Origin: Comamonadaceae bacterium
Lineage (GTDB): Bacteria; Pseudomonadota; Gammaproteobacteria; Burkholderiales; Burkholderiaceae_C
DNA: 64,000 bases
Assembly (NCBI GenBank): GCA_027491035.1
Contig: JAIXWZ010000110.1
Coordinates: 7,427-71,426, forward strand
Direction of reading: 5' to 3'
Made by a program: the position numbers and the translations under genes. The notes beneath the pieces are model-generated. The model was not told where the DNA came from and made no database searches. It saw only the letters and a list, made by a program, of their open reading frames with translations. Of the stretch, positions 9,054-17,774 are shown one piece after another. Positions within the stretch are counted from its first letter, which is position 1. Each line of letters opens with the position of its first letter.

Positions 9054-9755
9054 ATGATCAACAAAATCGCCCCTTCGGTCGAAGCGGCCCTGGCTGGCTT
9101 GCGTGACGGTGCCACCGTGCTCATCGGCGGCTTTGGCACTGCCGGCATTCCCAATGAACTCATCGATGGCCTGATCGCCCAGGGCGCGCGCGATCTCGTC
9201 ATCGTCAACAACAACGCTGGCAACGGTGAAACCGGTCTGGCGGCGCTGCTCAAGGCCGGCCGGGTGCGCAAGGTGATTTGCAGCTTTCCGCGCCAGGTCG
9301 ACAGCCATGTGTTTGACGGCCTCTACCGTTCGGGTCAGGTCGAGCTGGAGCTGGCGCCGCAGGGCAATTTGGCCGAGCGCATCCGCGCCGCGGGTGCCGG
9401 CATCGGTGCCTTCTTTTCGCCCACCGGTTATGGCACCGATCTGGCCCGGGGCAAGGAGACGCGCGAGATCAACGGCAAGATGTATGTGCTGGAGATGCCC
9501 ATCCATGGCGACCTGGCCCTGATTCGGGCCGAGTGCGGCGACCGCTGGGGCAATCTGACCTACCGCAAGGCCGCACGCAACTTCGGCCCCATCATGGCCA
9601 CGGCGGCCAAGAAGACGGTGGCCACCGTCCATGAGATCGCTGAACTGGGCACGCTCGACCCCGAGCACATCGTCACCCCGGGCATCTTTGTCACCCACAT
9701 CGTGCGCGTCGAGCGCGTGGCCACCCAGGCCGGCGGATTCAAGAAAGCAGCCTGA
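9054..9755 (+). CDS. pcaI: 3-oxoadipate CoA-transferase subunit A
   Basis: IGGFGTAG, NNNAGNG, CSFPRQ, PQGNLAERIRAAGAGIG; followed by subunit B and thiolase. Confidence 0.92.
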   Translation: MINKIAPSVEAALAGLRDGATVLIGGFGTAGIPNELIDGLIAQGARDLVIVNNNAGNGETGLAALLKAGRVRKVICSFPRQVDSHVFDGLYRSGQVELELAPQGNLAERIRAAGAGIGAFFSPTGYGTDLARGKETREINGKMYVLEMPIHGDLALIRAECGDRWGNLTYRKAARNFGPIMATAAKKTVATVHEIAELGTLDPEHIVTPGIFVTHIVRVERVATQAGGFKKAA

Positions 9756-9757
9756 CC

Positions 9758-10399
9758 ATGAGCTACACCAAACGCAGCAAAGACGCCCTGGCCCAGCGCG
9801 TGGCGCGCGACATCCATGACGGCGCCTACGTCAATCTGGGCATTGGCCAGCCCACGCTGGTGGCCAACCACCTGCCCGCCGGCATTGAAGTGATTTTGCA
9901 CAGCGAAAACGGCATCTTGGGCATGGGCCCGGCCCCAGCGGCCGGCCAAGAAGACTACGACCTGATCAACGCGGGCAAGCAGCCGGTCACACTGCTGCCC
10001 GGTGGCGCCTTCTTCCACCACGCTGACAGCTTTGGCATGATGCGCGGCGGCCACCTCGATATTTGCGTGCTCGGCGCCTTTCAGGTCAGTGCCACGGGCG
10101 ATCTGGCCAACTGGAGCACCGGCGAAAAAGACGCGATTCCTGCGGTGGGCGGCGCCATGGACCTGGCCATCGGCGCCAAGCAAACCTGGGTCATGATGGA
10201 CCTGCTGACCAAGACCGGCCAGTCCAAGGTGGTGCAGCAGTGCGGCTACCCGCTCACCGGCATTGGCTGCGTCAAGCGCATCTACACCGACCTGGCCACC
10301 CTGGCTTGCACACCGCAGGGCTTGCGGCTGATTGACACGGTCGACGGCCTGTCCCATGCCGAGCTCGAGCAGCTGGTGGGCCTGCCTATTGAAGTCTGA
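9758..10399 (+). CDS. pcaJ: 3-oxoadipate CoA-transferase subunit B
   Basis: VNLGIGQPT, catalytic SENG motif, GGAMDLA. Confidence 0.92.
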   Translation: MSYTKRSKDALAQRVARDIHDGAYVNLGIGQPTLVANHLPAGIEVILHSENGILGMGPAPAAGQEDYDLINAGKQPVTLLPGGAFFHHADSFGMMRGGHLDICVLGAFQVSATGDLANWSTGEKDAIPAVGGAMDLAIGAKQTWVMMDLLTKTGQSKVVQQCGYPLTGIGCVKRIYTDLATLACTPQGLRLIDTVDGLSHAELEQLVGLPIEV

Positions 10400-10471
10400 G
10401 ATGGCAAGTCTGAGATGGCCTTTTGAGCCTGCTCGGCGCCGCTTTTTTCTTTTCTTTCCTGTGAGACTTAC

Positions 10472-11674
10472 ATGACCCACGCCTTTGTTTGTGATGCCAT
10501 CCGCACCCCCTTCGGCCGCTACGGCGGCGCGCTTTCGAGCGTGCGCACCGACGACCTGGGTGCGATCCCGCTCAAGGCCCTGATGGCGCGCAACCCCCAG
10601 GTCGACTGGGCGGCCGTCACCGACGTGATTTACGGCTGCGCCAACCAGGCCGGCGAAGACAACCGCAACGTGGCCCACATGGCCAGCTTGCTGGCCGGCC
10701 TGCCGATGGACGTGCCAGGGGCCACCATCAACCGCCTGTGCGGCTCGGGGCTCGATGCGGTCGGAACGGCCGCGCGTGCCATCAAGGCCGGTGAGGCCGG
10801 CCTCATGATTGCCGGCGGCGTCGAAAGCATGAGCCGCGCACCGTTTGTGATGCCCAAGGCCGAAAGCGCGTTTTCGCGCAGCAATGCCGTCTATGACACC
10901 ACCATCGGCTGGCGCTTTGTCAACAAGCTCATGAAAGAAAAGTACGGCGTCGACTCCATGCCGGAGACGGCCGAAAACGTGGCCACCGATTACAAGATCG
11001 AGCGCGAGGCGCAGGACCGCATGGCCCTGGCCAGCCAGATGAAGGCCGTGGCCGCGCAGAAAGCCGGCCACCTGGCCCGCGAAATCTGCCCGGTCACCAT
11101 CCCCCAGAAAAAAGGCGATGCGATCGTGGTCGACAAGGACGAGCACCCGCGCGAGACTAGCTTGGAAGCACTGGCCAAGCTCAAGGGCGTGGTGCGGCCC
11201 GATGGCACGGTGACGGCCGGCAACGCCTCGGGCGTCAATGACGGCTCCTGCGCCTTGCTGCTCGGGAGCGAAGCGGCCGCCGCCAAGAACGGTTTGACCC
11301 CCAAGGCCCGCGTGGTGGGCATGGCCACCGCAGGCCTGGCTCCGCGCATCATGGGCATGGGCCCGGCGCCGGCCACCCGCAAGGTGCTTGAGCTGACCGG
11401 CTTGAGCCTGGCGCAGCTCGACGTGATCGAGCTCAACGAGGCCTTTGCTGCGCAAGGCATTGCCGTGCTGCGCGACCTGGGCCTGGCCGATGACGACGAG
11501 CGCGTCAACGCCTGGGGCGGTGCCATCGCCCTGGGCCACCCCCTGGGCGCCTCGGGCGCCCGCCTGGCCACCACCGCCGTCAACCGCTTGCACGCCACCG
11601 GCGGACGCTATGCGCTGTGCACCATGTGCATCGGCGTGGGGCAGGGCATTGCGCTGATTCTCGAGCGGGTTTGA
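10472..11674 (+). CDS. pcaF: 3-oxoadipyl-CoA thiolase
   Basis: GCANQAGEDNRNVA, NRLCGSG, GHPLGASG, CIGVGQG. Confidence 0.93.
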   Translation: MTHAFVCDAIRTPFGRYGGALSSVRTDDLGAIPLKALMARNPQVDWAAVTDVIYGCANQAGEDNRNVAHMASLLAGLPMDVPGATINRLCGSGLDAVGTAARAIKAGEAGLMIAGGVESMSRAPFVMPKAESAFSRSNAVYDTTIGWRFVNKLMKEKYGVDSMPETAENVATDYKIEREAQDRMALASQMKAVAAQKAGHLAREICPVTIPQKKGDAIVVDKDEHPRETSLEALAKLKGVVRPDGTVTAGNASGVNDGSCALLLGSEAAAAKNGLTPKARVVGMATAGLAPRIMGMGPAPATRKVLELTGLSLAQLDVIELNEAFAAQGIAVLRDLGLADDDERVNAWGGAIALGHPLGASGARLATTAVNRLHATGGRYALCTMCIGVGQGIALILERV

Positions 11675-11775
11675 GTTTTTTTAGCCGGGCAGGCCGCATC
11701 TCCCGATGAGATCTGGGGCTGCGGCTTGGGTGCGTGCGTGCAGATCGCGGCTGTTGCGCGCTGCCCGCCTTCACC

Positions 11776-11801
11776 GTAAGATTCTTACTTCATATTCTTA
11801 C
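11776..11801 (+). promoter_or_regulatory. Probable TA operator (palindrome plus extra half-site)
   Basis: Perfect palindrome GTAAGA-T-TCTTAC (11776-11788) and repeated ATTCTTAC (11794-11801), 14 bp before the antitoxin ATG. Confidence 0.7.
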
Positions 11802-11814
11802 CGTGGACTCTTGC

Positions 11815-12120
11815 ATGCTCGTCACCGAAAAGGGCCAGGTCACCATCCCCAAACACATACGCTTGGCGGCCGGTGTGGCCCCCGGCAGTGAAGTCGCCTT
11901 CAGCCTTGAAGGCAGCCGGATCGTCATTACGCCAGTGAGCACGAGCGTCAAGCAGGACAGGCGGGCCAAGCTCAAGGCTGCGGCAGCACGGGTGCGCGGG
12001 ACGTTCAGCGCTGAGTTCCAGCAGCTCGGTGCGGATGAAATCATGGGTTTCATTCGCGGCGATAAAGCGACCGGATCCACCAAGGACAACAAGGGCACCA
12101 GACGCCGTGGGCCCCGCTAG
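11815..12120 (+). CDS. AbrB/MazE/SpoVT family antitoxin (VapB-like)
   Basis: MLVTEKGQVTIPKHIRLAAGVAPGSEVAF, AbrB-fold signature. Confidence 0.9.
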   Translation: MLVTEKGQVTIPKHIRLAAGVAPGSEVAFSLEGSRIVITPVSTSVKQDRRAKLKAAAARVRGTFSAEFQQLGADEIMGFIRGDKATGSTKDNKGTRRRGPR

Positions 12121-12544
12121 TCTTGCCAACTACGACGGGACAGCCGGTGTCCTCGTTGACACCAACATATGGTTGGACTGTATCGATGAGACCAGTGCCT
12201 GGCGCGACTGGGCAGCTCAGAAGTTGCAGGACTGTAGCGAGCGGTGCCCGCTCCATGTGAACATCGTCATCTACTCCGAGTTGCTGATTCCGGGTCCTGA
12301 TGTCCGCGCCCTGGACGCCCTGCTCGACGTCTACGACACGCTGCGAACCCCTCTGCCGTGGGCCTGCGCATCTCTGACTGCAGCCGCCTATGCCATGTAT
12401 CGGCGCCGGGGCGGGGCCAAGCATAAACCGCTGCCCGACTTCTACATCGGCGCCCACGCCGCCGTCTCAAACCTGGCCCTGCTGACCCGCGACCCTAAGC
12501 CCTACAAGAGCTATTTCGCTCGGCTTGAGATCATCGCCCCCTGA
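12107..12544 (+). CDS. PIN-domain toxin (VapC family)
   Basis: VLVDTNIW, IYSELL, PLPDFYIGAHA, LLTRD acidic tetrad; start (GTG 12107) uncertain; overlaps antitoxin. Confidence 0.88.
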   Translation: MGPASLANYDGTAGVLVDTNIWLDCIDETSAWRDWAAQKLQDCSERCPLHVNIVIYSELLIPGPDVRALDALLDVYDTLRTPLPWACASLTAAAYAMYRRRGGAKHKPLPDFYIGAHAAVSNLALLTRDPKPYKSYFARLEIIAP

Positions 12545-12804
12545 TCGGACCGACCTGTCTGGGATCTTGGCCATTGCTGTTGCGAGGCAAGCGCTTCAAA
12601 AAGTACTTGCCACCATCGACCGCCGTTCACTCTTGGCGGCGTAGCGATCGCCCTCCCGCGGCCGCTTTTTCATTTAGGTGCGTTTTTGGGTCGTGTAGAT
12701 GCTCTTTTTTCCAGCTCGGGAAAAACTGATTTCCACCCGCTTTCTTGTGTCGGCCTAGCGGCTTTGCCACACTGTTGGATGCTAAAAACAACCAGGAGAT
12801 GAGC

Positions 12805-13728
12805 ATGAGCCAAGCTGTGGGCTGGATCGGTCTGGGTCGCATGGGCGAGGCCATGGCCAAGAAGTTGATCAAGGCCGGCCACGATGTGCGGGTCTGGAAC
12901 CGCACCGCGTCCAAGGCCGCGCCGCTGGCCGAGGCCGGCGCCACCATCGTGGCGACCAAGCAGGATCTGGCCGGCTGCGCCGTGGTGTTCACCATGGTCT
13001 CGACCACCGACGACCTCAAGGAGGTGCTGTTTGCCAGTGGCGGGCTGCTCACCGGTTCGGTCAAGCCGCGCATGGTGATTGACTCGTCATCGATCTCTCA
13101 GGAGGGCTCGGCCGAGATCCGCCAGCGGCTCGAAGCCATGGGCGTGGCGTATTTGTGCGCGCCGGTGTCGGGCAATGCCAAGGTGGCCAAGGCGGGCAAG
13201 CTGCTGCTGGTGGCCTCGGGCCCCAAGTCGCTCTACACCGAAGTCGAGCCCATGCTGCAGGCCATGGCCCGCCGCGTGATGTGGGTGGGCGAGGGCGAAT
13301 TGGCGCGGGTCTGGAAGATCGCGCACAACACCATGTTTGGGGTGGTGATTCAAAACCTGTGCGAGATCACCGTCATGGCCGAGAAGGCTGGCATTCCTCG
13401 CCACATCTTCCTGGAGAGCATCAACGACTCGGTGCTCGGCTCCATGTACACCAAGTACAAAACGCCGATGCTCACCAACCTCACCTTTGACCAGGTCACC
13501 TTCACGCCCAAGCTCTTGCTCAAGGACATGGACCTTGGGCTGGGCGCGGCCAAGGCCCACGGCGTGCCCATGCCCGCTGCCGCGGCCACGCGCGAGTCGA
13601 TCGCCCGCATGGTCGGCCGCGGCTATGACGACATCGATTTTGCGGTGCTGCTCAAGGAGGTTGCCGCCGATTCGGGGCTCGAGCTCAAGAGCGAGAACGT
13701 CAAGATGAGCGACGGCCTGGAGTCTTAA
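12805..13728 (+). CDS. NAD(P)-dependent oxidoreductase, beta-hydroxyacid (3-HIBADH/6PGD) family
   Basis: GWIGLGRMG Rossmann motif, VWNRT, catalytic Lys in VWKIAHN; RBS AGGAG upstream. Confidence 0.88.
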   Translation: MSQAVGWIGLGRMGEAMAKKLIKAGHDVRVWNRTASKAAPLAEAGATIVATKQDLAGCAVVFTMVSTTDDLKEVLFASGGLLTGSVKPRMVIDSSSISQEGSAEIRQRLEAMGVAYLCAPVSGNAKVAKAGKLLLVASGPKSLYTEVEPMLQAMARRVMWVGEGELARVWKIAHNTMFGVVIQNLCEITVMAEKAGIPRHIFLESINDSVLGSMYTKYKTPMLTNLTFDQVTFTPKLLLKDMDLGLGAAKAHGVPMPAAAATRESIARMVGRGYDDIDFAVLLKEVAADSGLELKSENVKMSDGLES

Positions 13729-13732
13729 AGCC

Positions 13733-15079
13733 ATGGCCGATCGCGCCACGCTGATCCGCGGTGCCACCGTCATCACCATGGACCGCCAGGGGGACTTGCC
13801 CCGCGGCGATGTGCTGGTGCGCGGCGAGCAGATCGTCGAGATCGCCCCTCAGATCCATGCCGAGGGCGCCGAGGTGGTCGATGCCAGCGGCCACATCGTC
13901 ATTCCGGGGCTGATCAACGCCCACATGCACACCTGGCAGACGGCGCTGCGCGGCCTGGCGTCCAACTGGACCTTGCTCGAGTACTTTGCCAAGATGCACG
14001 CCGGTCTGGCCACGGTGTTTGCGCCCGAAGATCTGCACATTGCCACCCTGGTGGGCGCGCTCAACCAGATCAACTGCGGCACCACCACGCTGGTCGATTG
14101 GTGTCACAACAACCCGACGCCGGCGCACAACGACGCGGCTATCGACGGCCTGCTGGCTTCGGGCATTCGCGCCGCGTTTTTTCATGGCACGCCCAAGCCC
14201 GATCCCAAGCCGGGCGAAAAGCCGTTTTGGGAGGTGCCGCATCCGCGCGCCGAGGTCGAGCGCCTGCTCAAGGCGCATCAGGGCCGTGCGCTCTTGTCCA
14301 TCCACGCGGCCGTGCTCGGCCCACACTACTCCACGCTCGATGTGGCGCTGCACGACTTTGCGATGGCGCGCGAGCTGGGCCTGATCGCCTCATTGCATCA
14401 GGGGGGCGGGCCTGCCCGCACGCCCGATGGCTGGCTGCGCCTGCAAGAGCAGGGTCTGCTGGGCCCACAGATCAACATCGTGCACGGCCATGCGCTCGAT
14501 GACGCGCAGCTGCAGCGTTTTTGCGACCTGGGCATGAGCTTTTCAGCGGCCGCCGAAAACGAGATGACACAAGGCCACGGCCATCCGCTGACCGGCCGCC
14601 TGCGCCAGTTTGGCCGCTCGCCCTCGCTCGGGGCCGACCTGGAGAGCGTGCTCGGCGGCGACATGCTGTCGCAGGCGCGCATTGCGCTGGGCGTGCAGCG
14701 CTCGCTGGACAACGTGGCCCATCGCCAAGCGCACGGATCCATCCCGCCCACCTCGACCCTCACCACGCGCGAGGCGCTGGGCTGGGTCACGGTCGAGGGC
14801 GCGCGCATGCTCGGCCAGCTCGACCGCATTGGCACGCTCGCGGCGGGCAAGCAGGCCGATCTGGTGCTTGTTCGCGCCAGCGATCTGAACATGCAGCCGG
14901 TGCACGATGCGGTCAACAGCGTGGTGTTTCAGACCACGCTGGCCAATATCGACAGCGTCATGATCGCCGGCCAGTGGAAAAAGCGCGACGGACGCTTGCT
15001 GGGTGTGCAACTGGCTCCGCTGCTCGATCGCTTGCAGGCCTCTGGGCGCAAGATCACCCAGGCCATGGGGCTGGCCTGA
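13733..15079 (+). CDS. Metal-dependent amidohydrolase (AtzA/TrzA/MTA-SAH deaminase-like fold)
   Basis: PGLINAHMH, GTTTLVDW, VHGH, LGAD, IGTLAAGKQADLVL. Confidence 0.85.
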   Translation: MADRATLIRGATVITMDRQGDLPRGDVLVRGEQIVEIAPQIHAEGAEVVDASGHIVIPGLINAHMHTWQTALRGLASNWTLLEYFAKMHAGLATVFAPEDLHIATLVGALNQINCGTTTLVDWCHNNPTPAHNDAAIDGLLASGIRAAFFHGTPKPDPKPGEKPFWEVPHPRAEVERLLKAHQGRALLSIHAAVLGPHYSTLDVALHDFAMARELGLIASLHQGGGPARTPDGWLRLQEQGLLGPQINIVHGHALDDAQLQRFCDLGMSFSAAAENEMTQGHGHPLTGRLRQFGRSPSLGADLESVLGGDMLSQARIALGVQRSLDNVAHRQAHGSIPPTSTLTTREALGWVTVEGARMLGQLDRIGTLAAGKQADLVLVRASDLNMQPVHDAVNSVVFQTTLANIDSVMIAGQWKKRDGRLLGVQLAPLLDRLQASGRKITQAMGLA

Positions 15080-15226
15080 AGCCATGGCGCATCAGGGTAA
15101 GCCTGCTGCCATGCGCCGTCGCTGTGGCGCACACTGCCCGTTTCGCCCAGAGCCGTCCGGTGCGCGCTCGTCCTGCGCCGGCCGGCTGACCGATTTGTTC
15201 TTCATTCCAACCCTCAGGAGACCGCT

Positions 15227-16177
15227 ATGAAACGCTTTTTTGTAGGCGCCGCCGCTGCGCTTGCCGTGGCTTGCAGCTGGGCCCAGGCCTATCCGAGCAA
15301 GACCATCCGGATCGTCGTGCCCTTTACCGCCGGCAGTGCCACCGACATCATGGCGCGGGTGGTCGGCGAGAAGCTGCAGGCGGCCTGGGGTCAGCCGGTG
15401 GTGGTGGAAAACCGGCCGGGCGCGGGCGGCACGCTGGGCGCGACCCAGGTCGCGCGCGCCGAGGCCGACGGCCACACCTTGCTGGTGGTCTCCACCGGCC
15501 ACGTGGTCAACCCAGCTCTGTACGGCAACTTGCAGTACGACACGCTCGGTGATTTTGCGGGCGTCACGCCGCTGGCCACCCTGCCCAGCGTGCTGGTGGT
15601 CGGTGCCGGCAGCCCCATCAAGTCGGTGGCCGAGCTGATTGCGGCGGCGCGGGCCAAGCCCGGCGCGCTCAACTACGCCTCGGCCGGTGTGGGCAGCGCC
15701 ACCCACGTCAATGCCGAGAAGTTTCGCGCCAGCGCCAATCTGCAGCTCACGCACATTCCGTTCAAGGGCACGCCTGAGACCATCGTCGAGACCAGCACCG
15801 GCCGCACCGACTTCATGTTCACGCCGGTGCTCGCGTCGCTGCCGGCCATCCGCGAGAACCGCCTGCGCGCCATTGCGGTGAGCACGGCCAAGCGCTCGTC
15901 GGCACTGCCCAATGTGCCCACCGTCGCCGAGGCCGGCCTGCCCGGTTTTGTGTTCGATTTCTGGATCGGCCTGCTCGCGCCGAGCAAGACGCCTAAGCCG
16001 GTGCTGGCCAAGCTCAACGCCGAGGTGCTGCGCATCGTCAACCTGCCCGAGGTCAAGGAGCGCATGACCACCCTGGGCGCCGAGCCCATGCCGATGTCGC
16101 CCGATCAGTTTGATGCCTACATCAAGGACGAGTACACCACGTTGGGCGCGGTGATGCGCTCGGCGCCCAAGCAGTAA
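15227..16177 (+). CDS. Bug/TctC family receptor
   Basis: YPSKTIRIVVPFTAGSATD, ENRPGAGG, HIPFKG. Confidence 0.93.
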   Translation: MKRFFVGAAAALAVACSWAQAYPSKTIRIVVPFTAGSATDIMARVVGEKLQAAWGQPVVVENRPGAGGTLGATQVARAEADGHTLLVVSTGHVVNPALYGNLQYDTLGDFAGVTPLATLPSVLVVGAGSPIKSVAELIAAARAKPGALNYASAGVGSATHVNAEKFRASANLQLTHIPFKGTPETIVETSTGRTDFMFTPVLASLPAIRENRLRAIAVSTAKRSSALPNVPTVAEAGLPGFVFDFWIGLLAPSKTPKPVLAKLNAEVLRIVNLPEVKERMTTLGAEPMPMSPDQFDAYIKDEYTTLGAVMRSAPKQ

Positions 16178-16253
16178 TTCAACCCAGCGGGGGCGGCCGG
16201 ACGGTTCCCACCGACGGCCGCAGCGTAGCCGCCTGCCTTGCGATGGAGTTTGC

Positions 16254-17162
16254 ATGATCGATCTGCGCGTCAACGTCTTCAACACCTCGAGCAACTTGCC
16301 CCTGCTGGCGGCCTTGCAAGCGGGCGATTTTGAGCGCGAGGGTTTGCGTGTTGAGGTTCAGCACACGCCCAACTCGGACGAGCAGCGCGCCGGTCTGGCC
16401 GCCGGGCGTTTCGAGATCGCGCATGCGGCCGTCGACAACGCGGTGGCCCTGATCGAGTCGGGCACCGATGCCGTCATCGTCTGCGGTGGCGACGCGGGTC
16501 TCAACGACTTCATCGTGCGCCCCGAGATCGGCAGCTTTGCCGACCTGCGCGGTGGCAAGCTGGCGGTCGATGCGCCCAACACCGCCTATGCGCTGGCGGC
16601 CAAGAAGATCCTCAAGGACCGCGGCTTGCTTGAGGGGCGTGACTACCAGGTCAAGCTCGCCGGCGGCACTGGCCCGCGCGCGGCGGCCCTGGCCAGCGAC
16701 CCTGAGCTGGCCTGCGGCATGATCAACCCGCCCTTTAACTTCAAGCTGCGCGCCCAGGGGCTCAAGAGTCTGGGCACACAGTTCGACTTGCTTGGGCCCT
16801 ATCAGGCCACCGGCGCCTACGTCATGCGCAGCTGGGCGCAGGCCCATGCCCAGACGCTCACGGCCTACCTGCGCGCCTATGTGAGCGGGCAGCGGCGAGT
16901 GATGGACCGGGCCCACCGCGCAGACATGCTGGCCTTGCTGACCGCCAATTTCAAGCTCGAGGGGCAGGCCGCCGAGAACACCTACGAGGCCTTGCTCACC
17001 GAGGGCTCGGGGCTGGCGCGCGATGCCGCCTTCAATGCCGAGGGCTTTGACCGGGTGCTGTCGATCCGCGCCGAGATGGAGGGCATGTGGGGCGGCCGGC
17101 CGCCGGCAGCGCAGCGCTATGTCGACCTGTCTTTTTACCAACGCGCCCTGGCCCAGGGCTGA
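16254..17162 (+). CDS. NMT1/THI5/SsuA-like periplasmic-binding-protein-fold protein, no signal peptide
   Basis: AGDFEREGLRVEV, ADLRGGKLAVDAPNT pattern of PBP type II; RBS GGAG 5 nt before ATG. Confidence 0.75.
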   Translation: MIDLRVNVFNTSSNLPLLAALQAGDFEREGLRVEVQHTPNSDEQRAGLAAGRFEIAHAAVDNAVALIESGTDAVIVCGGDAGLNDFIVRPEIGSFADLRGGKLAVDAPNTAYALAAKKILKDRGLLEGRDYQVKLAGGTGPRAAALASDPELACGMINPPFNFKLRAQGLKSLGTQFDLLGPYQATGAYVMRSWAQAHAQTLTAYLRAYVSGQRRVMDRAHRADMLALLTANFKLEGQAAENTYEALLTEGSGLARDAAFNAEGFDRVLSIRAEMEGMWGGRPPAAQRYVDLSFYQRALAQG

Positions 17163-17177
17163 AACCGGAGCCAGACC

Positions 17178-17774
17178 GTGCCCGAGCAACGCCTGCCTTA
17201 TGTTGACGCCAGCGCGCTGAGCGATCCGGCCATGCGCGCCGAATTCGAGCGCGCCGCCCGCGAGGGTGCGCCACGGCCCGAAAGTCACGCCATCCGGGCC
17301 CATGTGCCGGCGGTGTTCTGGTCCTTCGCCAACGCCTGGAACGACACCTTTGTGCAAGGCGTGTGCGATCACGCCATCAAGGAGTTGTGCCGGCTTTATG
17401 TGTCGCAGTCGGTCAACTGCAATTACTGCGGCAACCAGCGCTCGCTCAAGGCGCAAGCCCAGGGGCTGGTCGAAGACGATGTGCGCGGGCTGCTCGATTT
17501 CGAGAAATCGGCACGCTATGACGCCCGGCAGAAGGCTGCCTTGCGGCTGGCCGAGGCCATGACCTGGGGGCTCGATTCGGGCGACGAACTCTGGCGCGAC
17601 CTGAAGGCGCATTTTGAGGTGCCGCAGATTGTCGAGCTGGGTTTTTTCATCGGCTTGACCATGGGTCAGCAGCGCTGGAACCGCTTGCTCAATTTGCAGC
17701 ATGGCAGCTTCATGGGCGGCACCGTGGGCGGTCTGGCGCCCGATGAGGCGGCCCGGCAGGGCGGGGCACGTTGA
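17178..17774 (+). CDS. AhpD/carboxymuconolactone decarboxylase-like protein
   Basis: KELCRLYVSQSVNCNYC, RQKAALRLAEAMT, HFEVPQIVELG. Confidence 0.78.
   Translation: MPEQRLPYVDASALSDPAMRAEFERAAREGAPRPESHAIRAHVPAVFWSFANAWNDTFVQGVCDHAIKELCRLYVSQSVNCNYCGNQRSLKAQAQGLVEDDVRGLLDFEKSARYDARQKAALRLAEAMTWGLDSGDELWRDLKAHFEVPQIVELGFFIGLTMGQQRWNRLLNLQHGSFMGGTVGGLAPDEAARQGGAR

Noticed and set aside
9560-11593. 677-aa minus-strand ORF
   Set aside because: Antisense shadow across pcaIJF
12545-12800. Possible sigma-54 promoter, riboswitch or att site at the island's left boundary
   Set aside because: GG/GC spacing does not fit -24/-12; only an imperfect hairpin (12587-12610); no matching direct repeat noticed near 33 kb
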